Positions 13,173-23,855 of a stretch of 64,000 nt of DNA are shown here, piece after piece. The stretch's first letter is position 1; each line of letters opens with the position of its first letter. Position numbers and translations under genes: made by a program. The stretch lies in assembly GCA_964016885.1 (NCBI GenBank), contig OZ024747.1, positions 27,714,001-27,778,000 on the forward strand. Direction: 5' to 3'. Source of the stretch: Eledone cirrhosa (lineage: Eukaryota). The notes beneath the pieces were generated by a model. It was not told the origin of the DNA. It saw only the letters and a list, made by a program, of their open reading frames with translations, and made no database searches.

Positions 13173-13612
13173 TAATGTCTGTACGTAATGAGGGAGTGAG
13201 AGGGGAGAGAAAGAAAGGCAGAGGTGAAGTGACGAAGTCACTCTCTCCTCCTCCTCCTCCTCCATCTCCCCATTCGTCACAGCGATAGAGGGGAGAAATG
13301 TTAGTGTGTTACAAAGAGAAAGAGTGAGAGTGAGAGAAACAGACAGTCTAAAAGAGAGGGATAGCTGGAGAGAGAGAGAGAGATAGCAACCACGCGCGCA
13401 CGTGTTTCCACTGTCGGACAGACAGACAGAGAAATTGCTGGTTATATATTATAAGGAGTTATAATATTGCTGGTTATATATTATATGTAGGAGGTGAGTA
13501 ATATTGTAGAACAATAAAACTATGCATACATCAGATAAGTAGCACTCAACAGTTGGTAGAACTGGAGTATATATAAAGAAGAAATTAAAAGGTGGTTAAA
13601 AAAGTTCCATAC

Positions 13613-13680
13613 ATTTTATTATGCGCATTTCGAAAACAACATCATCCTGGGACAAAAATTGTGTTCTCATCAGATAAAAT
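13613..13680 (-). ncRNA. Type-I hammerhead ribozyme motif (family B)
   Basis: Minus strand: ATTTTAT-CTGATGA-GAAC...TTTTC-GAAATGCGCATA-ATAAAAT. Confidence 0.7.
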
Positions 13681-13736
13681 AAGGTAACATGATATGTGGC
13701 CTAAAAACACTTGTGAACATATATATATAGTAATAA

Positions 13737-13925
13737 TAGTTTCTAGTTTTGGCACAAGGCCAGCAATTATCCTAGTATATTACTGGTACTTTATTTTATC
13801 GACCTCGCAAGGATGAAAGGCAAAGTTAACCTCGGCGGTATTTGAACTCAGATTATAAAGGCCCGTAACTCTTTGCTGCAAAGCATAGCGTCCGACCCTC
13901 TACCGATACTACCAATCTACCGCCC
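13737..13925 (-). mobile_element. tRNA-derived Meta-type SINE
   Basis: Full-length copy. Its 5' end is followed by a short inverted copy of itself (13927-13945). Confidence 0.85.
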
Positions 13926-13943
13926 ATGGATTGGCAGTATCGG

Positions 13944-14062
13944 TAACAGATTAAAGTTTAAGCAAAGAATCGCTGCTTTCACCCTTAACGGGATCTTCTG
14001 AAACTCAGAAGATCCCGTTAAGGGTGAAAGCAGCGATTCTTTGCTTAAACTTTAATCTGTTA
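13944..14062. repeat. Perfect palindrome (58-bp arms, 3-nt loop) containing a hammerhead-like motif
   Basis: TAACAGATTAAAG...GATCTTCTGA-aac-TCAGAAGATC...CTTTAATCTGTTA. Confidence 0.9.
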
Positions 14063-14087
14063 TTTTAATAAATATATATATACACAC

Positions 14088-14120
<33 letters not shown>

Positions 14121-14170
14121 TGTATGTATGTATGTATGTATGTATGTATGTATGTATGTATGTATGTATG

Positions 14171-14760
14171 TGCTACTGGTAACATGTATCCCAGTACAAC
14201 CTGTCTCATGGTCGGGTCGTTGGCGACTAAACTGGCAACCCCACCAAGGTCTCTTGGTGAGGAGGGTGACTTTGGACATCCTGCAGGACTAAAAACAAAA
14301 CCTGTCAAAGGGCAAAGAGCTCTTAAGAGTCAATGGCCATCCAAAATCACCGGGAGAGATGACCCCTTAGCCTTTGTCAAGGCAGAATTCTAGGAGAAGG
14401 AAAACTCTGATATAACACCTGCAACTCTGATGGTATCCAATGATGTTGACTTGTTCTTCTTTTTGGTAAATATCATCTTGGTTAAGAGAGTGGGACTGGC
14501 TTTGTGCAGTGCCTTTGCTCACTATAAAAGCTTCACGGCACAGGCATTGCTTTATATCTGGAGATCTCTCTGCACTTGTTGTCACATGGTGCCATGGGCC
14601 CAGCACTATGTGTCAATAATTGTCACAGGTGTAGTGTTTGTACCAGAGTTTCCAAGTCGCTGGCTTTACTAAAAAGTCACACTCGTTCAGCGCATCGGTA
14701 GGGGTTCTCCTACATGGATATAAAGTAGTGGCCGTACTCGAAAACGAGTTGGCAGCCACC
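14171..14760 (+). mobile_element. RTE-5'UTR-derived non-autonomous retroelement flanked by (TATG)n
   Basis: Shares TGCTACTGGTAAC...GGCGACTAAACT and CTAGGAGAAGGAAAACTCT motifs with the RTE relic at 51360 and with 8860-8970 and 26380-26600. (TATG)n lies on both sides. Confidence 0.5.
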
Positions 14761-15083
14761 ATGTATGTATGTATGTATGTATGTATGTATGTATGTATGT
14801 ATGTATGTATGCATGTATGTATGTATATGTATGTATGTATAGTTAAAACTTAGACGGGAACAAAAACAGAGAGGCAGTACAAATAAGAGTTTATTAGGTT
14901 CACGCTTTTGATATATATATATATATTGGAATAAATGCTCTGAAATAGCGATATATATGTGAAGATAGACATAGAATATTCGAAAATATTCTGTATGTTT
15001 ATAATAAACATTTTGAAGACCTAATCGCTATAGAATAGAATACGTCACGTATTACAATTAGATTCTCGATAAAAGCAAGGGAA

Positions 15084-15126
15084 GTAACCTACGCGTTTCA
15101 TTCTTATTAGAAATCTTCAGGATTAC
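15084..15126 (-). ncRNA. Type-I hammerhead ribozyme (family D, copy 1)
   Basis: GTAATC-CTGAAGA-TTTCTaataAGAAT-GAAACGCGTA-GGTTAC, enclosed by a 16-bp inverted repeat ATTCTCGATAAAAGCA/TGCTTTTATCGAGAAT. Confidence 0.85.
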
Positions 15127-15393
15127 ATATCCAGTGCTTTTATCGAGAATGACACAGCTAGAGACTTATAGAATACTTAGCTGTGTACAGGAACTGGTTT
15201 GAAAGAGCGGTTGCCGGTCCGGCAGAAATTAGAAATTGGAATAAATGCTCTGAAATAGCGATATATATGTGAAGATAGACATAGAATATTCGAAAATATT
15301 CTGTATGTTTATAATAAACATTTTGAAGACCTAATCGCTATAGAATAGAATACGTCACGTATTACAATTAGATTCTCGATAAAAGCAAGGGAA

Positions 15394-15436
15394 GTAACCT
15401 ACGCGTTTCATTCTTATTAGAAATCTTCAGGATTAC
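15394..15436 (-). ncRNA. Type-I hammerhead ribozyme (family D, copy 2)
   Basis: Identical to copy 1, 310 nt away. Confidence 0.85.
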
Positions 15437-15820
15437 ATATCCAGTGCTTTTATCGAGAATGACACAGCTAGAGACTTATAGAATACTTAGCTGTGTACAT
15501 ATATATCGCTATTTCAGAGCATTTATTCCAATTTCTAATTTATATTTCTAAATATATTCCTTATCTGATATTTTGTAACTAACCCTACATAGATCGATAA
15601 CGAAATATGCGTACGATGTATTATTATCACCTAGAAACGATCGTAAAGCAGTGAAGTATATTTCTAATGACTTGAATTTTTATTTCATTGTTTTAACTTA
15701 TATCATGACTCTGTTTTCCTTCTGATGTTTTATTGTTTCCCGAGATTTATTTTAACCTACAACATTTTCAACAAATGGATTACATTGAGTTCTTCATGCA
15801 GACTAGACCCCAGAACTTTC

Positions 15821-15889
<69 letters not shown>

Positions 15890-16079
15890 CAGTCTACCCA
15901 TTGTGATGTCCCCCAACCTGTGTAAGATTTGAATTAAATTTCGAATATATTCTACTTCAATTTAATACGTTTTTAATCCTCTGAAGATGGAGAAGTACAA
16001 ACTATATTTGTATATTATTTTGTATATATAGATCTTGATTATACGAATTTTCACGAAGCACTCTTCGAATAAAAAGCTA

Positions 16080-16213
<134 letters not shown>

Positions 16214-17048
16214 GTGTGTGTGTGTGTGTAGTGTAGTGTATAGTGTAGGAAAGATGATAAATGAAGACGTGTGTGGGTCGAACTGCGATCAATACTACAC
16301 GTTTTGAAGTATCAGGTTCATATACATCACATATCCCCATCATTGTCCACTGAATGAAAAAGACTGGGAGCTTTTACACATCTGCCGGCGTCATGATAGT
16401 TGCTGAGGTAGCCGTAGTCCATAAATATATTATTGCAACCTGTAGCCCAGATTTATGGAATTCAATTTCCTTACAAACTGATTGTTCATCTTGTCTTTGA
16501 TTTATTTTTATTTTTATTTATTTAAAATTCAATAGAGGAATTCATAATTGATAGAGGAAGGGGTGGATGGATGAAAGAAAGAGAATGGTGGAAGAGTCGT
16601 GGAAAAAGACTGACAGACAAAGAGAAAGGGGGAGAGATCACGAGAAGGAAATACATCAGGTGGATGTTAGATAAATGATAGACTCGAATTGATGTCGAAA
16701 ATAGTAAACAGACATGCATTAGATAAATCTCAAACATAAAACTCAGTTCTAGGGTTCGTACAGTGAATATCTTAATTTATTTCATATTCACCTTACATTT
16801 GCGCAAGGGATATTTTCGGAAATATACCTGTGGGAAGAAACACTGGTATAAATGCTACACACATATAATGATTTTCAAAGAAAATAATCTATCTCAAAGA
16901 AAGTCTCTATATTGAAACAGTATAAAATCTATAGTGGATAGTTGTAGAGACAGCATTATATGTATATTTGTCTTGGTTTGTTGTGTTTACTTCGAACAAA
17001 CAAGAGGATGCAATAACATAAAGTGTATTAGTTTCACGCTTGGAGGAA

Positions 17049-17126
<78 letters not shown>

Positions 17127-17799
17127 AGACTTTAATGCTTCTGACGAAGAAAGTGATAAATGTTTTACGGTTGACTAAACATTTCTGGGTATATTTTAAC
17201 AACGCTATTTTAATTTTAATGCTGGTCTTGTGTGAGTATACACACACACACACATACGCACTCACACATACACAGCCACACACACACACTCCCATACATA
17301 GACAAAAGCACTCACACGTGCGCGCGCGCACACACACACACACATCGACAAACACAACACCCAGTTAAAACAAAAATATCGAAATCTTGAAATGTATCCA
17401 GAAATACATAGTCAACCGTAAAAAACGCCACTTTCCTCGTCAGAAACATTATAATCTTTCTTTCTACCTCTATAACAAACACAACTAAACAGCTTACATG
17501 CTATGGTTCACTGATTAAATCAGAAACATTTCAATATATATTGCACTTTTCTTTGTAAGCAATGCTTTCTGTACTCTCAAGATATGGTTATACTCTTAAA
17601 AAGAGAGTCAATCTATAGTAAGTAATCACAAAAGGCAGTAACAATTTGGACACTCAAATTGAAGATACATTTTAAAGTCAGAAAGTATCCTAGGATACTG
17701 CCTCAAGATCGTATTCAGCGTATAAAAGCAGGATGTAAAAATCAACTATAATAATTGAATGAAGCTAAGGTTGTTAAATTAAATCCCTCCACTATAATT

Positions 17800-17911
<112 letters not shown>

Positions 17912-18070
17912 GTGTGTATGTGTGTGTGATTGTGTTTGTGTAAATCGAGAAGCGACTGTTATAAAAAAAAGGTACTCAATACGTTAGTATAGGTATGTTC
18001 ATTTTATTATAGAAATGCCTTCTACAGGACTAGAACTGTTTCATTTGTAAGAATGGATTTAGCCTTAGAT

Positions 18071-18216
18071 CAATGGTTCCCAAAGTGGGTTCCGTGAAAA
18101 AAAGGTAGAGGAGTATATTTATATTATGACCATATAACAGAATTAGACTTTGGGGTTCCCCCAAAAGTTTCTGAACCAAAATGGATTCCGCATTTGAAGA
18201 AGTTTGGGAAACCTTG
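18071..18216. mobile_element. hAT (Buster/Charlie-type) MITE
   Basis: TIRs CAATGGTTCCCAAAGT / AGTTTGGGAAACCTTG. 8-bp TSD CCTTAGAT at 18063-18070 and 18217-18224. Confidence 0.85.
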
Positions 18217-18704
18217 CCTTAGATCAAAGGTTCTTAACGGGGGGCATATGCACCCCCAGGGGGCGTTTCGGATATCCTGGGGGCGTTTGAGAGCAAGGGG
18301 GCATTAGGGGGGTGTTTGGAGCTTTGGAGTGCACTGGAAGGCTCTTTACTTTGGTAAGTTTTATAAGCCATATTTGTATGTCTTTGAGACAGCCAGTGTA
18401 AATGCATTTGAATGAGCATGCAGACAGCATAACTATGGTCTGACCGCAGCTGTGAGCAGGTGTGCAGGCGTGTTTAGACATTACCCGGCAATTGAGATCC
18501 TAACAATGGAAAAACCCACAGTCAACTGGGTCAAGGACACTTCAATCGCAGCCAGTTAGAATCTTGTCTTTTCTTCACCGATAACAATGTATTTCATGTC
18601 TGAAGTTATTGACTCAACCGTAACGAGTTAACACTATGTAGATCTATTTTATTTCCTATTGTATAAATAATATTACAAATAAAAAAAAGAAGAAAAAACA
18701 CAGA

Positions 18705-19172
18705 AGCGGGTAGCACACACATCTAGGACCACACACAACACATAATCAGATAATACACACATCTAGGACCACATACAACACATAAGCAGGTAATACACAC
18801 ATCTAGGACCACATAAACACATATTCAGGTAATACATACATCTAGGAACACATAAGCAGGTAATACACACATCTAGGACTACATGCAACACATAAGGAGG
18901 TAGCACACACATCTAGGACCACATACAACACACAGGCAAGTAATACATACATTTAGGACCACATACAACACATAAGCAGGTAATACAAACATCTAGGACC
19001 ACATACAACACATAATCAGGTAATACAAACGTCTAGGACCACATACAACACATAATCAGGTAATACAAACGTCTAGGACCACATAAACACATATTCAGGT
19101 AATACATACATCTAGGACTACCTACAACACACAGGCAGGTAATACATACATCTAGGACCAAATACAACACAC
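18705..19172 (+). repeat. Minisatellite, ~39-bp unit, ~12 copies
   Basis: Unit approximately CACATAAGCAGGTAATACACACATCTAGGACCACATACAA. Confidence 0.9.
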
Positions 19173-19174
19173 AT

Positions 19175-20236
19175 TGTATCATGTGCTACGGATGACGCTA
19201 GAGCAATGGTCGGCCAACATAAGGGTTTCGTCACTCTTCTGAAGAGAAAATCTATCTGTATTTGTTGTTCATTGTGTCATTCATCGACAACACTTGGCTG
19301 TGAAGAAACTCAGCAAGCCACTGAGCAAGTCCTTGCAGGTGGCCCTTGATGTCATCAATTTTATCAAACGGCATTCCCTCAATGAAAGAATTTTCCGGCA
19401 ACTGTGCCAAGATAATGATGAAGAATTCGTCAAGTTGCTCCTTCATAATGAAGTAAGGTGGCTTTCAAAGGGCAAGTGCCTTACTCACTTCTTTGAACTG
19501 TTTGACTCTATCATTGAGTTTCTGCGAGGACGCAACACAGAACTGTACAAGAAAACCCTCGATGTGAGGCAAAACTGCGCCTACCTCACCGACATCGTCG
19601 ACAAATGAAATAGCGTCATTTTGGCTTTGCAGGGGAAGAAGATCACCTTGCTTAAAGCAAGGAATACTGTGAAAACATTCCTGGCCAAATTGAATGTCAT
19701 CGAAAGGAATCTTTGTTGACGGGAATTCTATAATTTTCCTAGTGTCGCCAATGTTCAAAACATTGTAAGCGATGACCAACTCCAAATTTATACCACTCAC
19801 CTCCGTGCGCTACAAGACAACATGAGAGAACAGTTTGTCGATCTTTTGCCGATAGACATTCCAATGTGGGTAGCAGATCCCTTCATAGCTAACGTCGATG
19901 ATTTGGACGTTATATTTCAGGAAGAATTCATTGAACTTCAAGCAGATGACATGATCAAAATTAGATTTCCCAAAATAGGTGAACCCCTTTTTTGGATGCA
20001 AGAGGAAATTCAGTGTCGATTTCCACACCTACATGCAGAGGCTAAGAGATTTGCTCTGCCTTTTCCAAGCTCATACTTAGTCAAGAGGAGGTTTGGTGCT
20101 GTTTCCAGCCTTCACAGTAAGGCTCGCAACCGCTACAATGTGATTACACGTGGAGATCTCCGGCTACATCTTACGAAAAATCCAGCCTGACGTCAAAGAG
20201 TTAGCTAGACTCTATAAAGTTCAAGGGTCCCATTGA
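19175..20236 (+). pseudogene. hAT transposase pseudogene (catalytic and dimerisation halves; ZBED/Buster-like)
   Basis: TDDARAMVG, HCVIHRQHL (CxxH), HNEVRWLSKG, PFPSSYLV..F, KARNR...DLRL. Contains stops and frameshifts, and the N-terminus is missing. Confidence 0.9.
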
Positions 20237-21818
20237 AATGAGGTCAAAGTTAAAGTAAGTTGATTTATCCGAAAACTTAGATATGCTATTGTTACAAAGC
20301 AAACTAACAATTTTTTTTATTTGTAGTTGCAGTCTGACTGGACGGGAAACCATCTACTACAATTCACTTACTCCTTTGTTGTATATATTTTAGCATTTAC
20401 TAATAAATATACCCTCCCGCGTGATCATGAAAACCCTCTTCCGTGGTCTCTAAGCTCACAAAGCAGAGGGGACATCAAGTTAGATATCAACATTTATTCT
20501 GTGTTTCATTAAAGGGAAAATTGGAAAGCTTTGAAATGATATAATTGCCACTTTCTTCCAGATAAGAGCACTCTTTGGATAGACAGAGTTGCTCTTGTAT
20601 AAATGTTCAAAATAGTTGGTATCGCCTGGTGGGAATATAACAAATTCAACTGGTCCTTATTCATAAAAAAGAACATTTATGTTCCTTTTTTTGAAATTTA
20701 TATATTTCCTTTCAAGGAATGTATTTATACTCTCAGCTGCCTGCAATGGTATCTTTGGAATATTGTTAATCAATTTTTTAGCAATCTACAGATATCAAAA
20801 TCAGTAGTATATTGAAAAATGGAAAAATAGGGTAGGGGGACGTTTCGTGATTTCGAGGGACAAAAGGGGGCGTTTGGCCTAAATGGGTTGAGAACCTGTG
20901 CCTTATATAAACCACATCACGAGAATTAGTATAAAATTTAGCCCTGGGTATAAATTGAAGCACAAGAATTAATGTAAAATTTAGCCCTGGTCAAGTCTTA
21001 GCTCTAATACTGTATATATTATTGAAATAGCTTCAAGATCCCTCTGGTGTTCATAAATTATCATATTTTAATTGTATATAGCTGTTTATATTATCAACAG
21101 CGAGATTGACGAAGGATTTATAAGGAAATAATATTAAATAGCTGGGGAGGGAGTAGAGGTCTATATGTGTGCAGCTGTGAACGTGGGTGTATGTGAGAGG
21201 TTGAAAATTCATTTGTGAATATATTTAAAAAAACCGCGATAATATTGCTTTTTGCTGAACTCCTTATTGTAGAGTTTTTTTCGGAATGTTTTTGACTGTT
21301 GTTTCATGTAAACAAACATTCGTCTTATTCTGACGTCACCAGCCCTGTTTTTCCACATGTGCGTTTTATTTTCATAATCACGCATGATGGTAAACTAGCC
21401 TGCTTTTAAATTCCCTTTTTGGCATATTAATCAGTGAGAATCTGGCTATCATGTTGAGCTCTGCTGAGGATCGTATTCCAACCGTGACCATCTCTACTGA
21501 AAGTTTACGTGAAATAGTCTTTTTCAAGACTATACAGAGCATTTGTAGTTGTCCCAAATTGAAGGATGAGTATTTTAAACTTTATTTTATCATGAGTTAA
21601 AGCTCTATTGGTTTTTCCCTGGATTTCACTAAATTCTGTTGGATAAATCTATATCCTGATTCTTTTTGAATTGAGTTTGAATTATTTTTCCCGCACCTTA
21701 CGTTAACTATTTTCCCATTTTGACGCTATAGTCACTTATATATTATGGAATACTGTTGGCTTCTTGCTACAATACTTTCTATACCTTTCATTTATATATA
21801 TATATATATGCGTTCGAG

Positions 21819-21876
<58 letters not shown>

Positions 21877-22322
21877 TCTCACTCTCTCTCTTTTTCTCCC
21901 TCTCTCTCTCTCTTCCACTTGTCTCAACAGTCACGACCTTCTCTTGGTTCACTTTTAAAACGAGAAGTGGTGTCAATCTCATCAGGAATCACGAATACAG
22001 ACAACTTGAATTGCTGTTTAATATAGAAACATATTTATCCTGTATATTATATGAAGAATAGCAGAAATATATCTTGCGTAAGGAAGTGCGTGCGTGTGAG
22101 CGCGTGTTGCGTTTCCTATTGTATCTAATCAATATATTCAAATATATGAAAAAGTGATATTACCACGGGGAAGATGATTTTCCCATATCACATAGATAAG
22201 GCTTAAATGAACAAGGCACCACTAATTTTAATGTTTTTATTTGTAACATGATTTATTTCGAAATCATGCGCAACTATGAACAAAGATGCACATATGACGC
22301 AGTATGTTGTGTGCAAATGTAA

Positions 22323-22405
22323 TAATTGTTTCTACTTTTGGCACAAGGCCAGCACATTACTGTTACTTTATTTTATCGACCCCGTATGGATGAAAGGCAA
22401 AGTTA
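22323..22405 (-). mobile_element. 5'-truncated Meta-type SINE
   Basis: Tail and central domain of the 3882 family. Confidence 0.75.
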
Positions 22406-22488
22406 GTAATGATATTTACTAACCTGTGTTGGTATTAATCTCAGCTAGTGCCGATCCAAACAAGGCTGGCTAGCGAGTGTGCGTGACA

Positions 22489-22586
<98 letters not shown>

Positions 22587-22942
22587 TGTATATGCCGACG
22601 TACAAGTCGATCTGGCGCATAGGTCGACCCCTAAAGTTCTCAGGTGTAAATCATGTTTAAGAACTAAGGCAAATCATTGATATCAATATAATCTCTACGT
22701 TAAATATACTTAACAAATATGAGTTTCAGAAGCAAATAATTGTGGTGGGCTGCTAGAGTTATGGTAAGTGTTGTACAACGAGTGTTAGGTAGGCAGTTTC
22801 ATTGTTTAGCCCTCAGTGATAAAGGTTCACATTTTATATTCGGCAGACAAGTTGACCCCTGGTTTTGGAGAGATCTTTTAGGCTCCAAATGCATATACAG
22901 TATATATATATGTATATACAGTATATATATATGTATATATAT

Positions 22943-22976
<34 letters not shown>

Positions 22977-22977
22977 G

Positions 22978-23013
<36 letters not shown>

Positions 23014-23392
23014 TATAGTTAAAAGAATAGAGGTGTAACACACAAGTTATTATATATTGGTAAACGGAATAGAAAATGCTGACAAATTGTTCACAGTTGA
23101 AAAATGGTTTAATTAGGAATAAAAGAGTATTAGTAATTGTATGGGTTAGTATTCAGTTGTGGTTTTAAGTTTTTAAGTTTTTACCGGTTGCGCATTTCTA
23201 AATGCTTTTCAAAAATAATTTTGAGATATAGTGTCCGTGTTGTTTGCTCTGATCTGATTAGTTTTGGGAATTCTACCTGTTTTTATGTTAAAAAAGTGGC
23301 TCCAGCGCTACTTTGGTGTTGCAAAAATTCTTGTGTATATATGTGCGTGTGAGAATGTGTGTGTGTGTAGGGGTGGACCAGTATTTTTGGTC

Positions 23393-23433
<41 letters not shown>

Positions 23434-23434
23434 T

Positions 23435-23486
<52 letters not shown>

Positions 23487-23649
23487 CACACACACACATA
23501 CACGCGTACATTAACATACAAAGAGACTCTCTCTCTTTCTCTCTTTTTCATTCTCCTTCTCTGTCTCCTCTCCCTCTCTCTGTGTCTCTCTTCCAAACTT
23601 CTCTCTCACAACCACTATCTCTTTCTCTCTATCTTTCTCTCTCTCTCTC

Positions 23650-23855
23650 TCTCTCTCTCTGTATGAAGGTACCCGGAAAAACTCTATATCTCGGAACCTG
23701 TACTCCGATTTACCCGAAACTTTTTTTATTCCATTTGTATTCCCATTTCAGGGTCAACTTCCCTTCAAAGTATTTTCCCATTATGCGCCCTTTTGGCTGT
23801 ATTACATTACAGACAAGCAAGCAAGCAATCACAGAGTTTTAGTAGTATATAGATA
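23650..23855 (-). mobile_element. Non-autonomous Helitron-like repeat
   Basis: GAAGGTACCCGGAAAAA...GGGTCAACTTCC...CCCATTATGCGCCC is shared with 48905-49040. Microsatellite and TA-rich end. Confidence 0.5.

Larger units (their letters stand above)
14926..15541 (-). mobile_element. Retrozyme/Penelope-like element: 310-bp tandem dimer plus a terminal inversion
   Basis: 14926-15189 is repeated exactly at +310. 15498-15541 is the reverse complement of 15226-15269. A third, diverged copy lies at ~34055-34235 (+). Confidence 0.75.
18225..20900 (+). mobile_element. hAT-Buster/Charlie DNA transposon, defective
   Basis: TIRs CAAAGGTTCTTAAC / GTTGAGAACCTGTG. TSD CCTTAGAT/CCTTATAT has the central TA characteristic of Buster elements. 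Confidence 0.9.

Noticed and set aside
17125-17460. Diverged inverted repeat containing CTGACGA as a hammerhead
   Set aside because: No downstream GAAA or helix III could be found. It was not counted as a ribozyme.
18705-19172. Regularly spaced repeats resembling a CRISPR array
   Set aside because: The units are contiguous with no unique spacers, there are no cas genes and the context is eukaryotic. It is a minisatellite.
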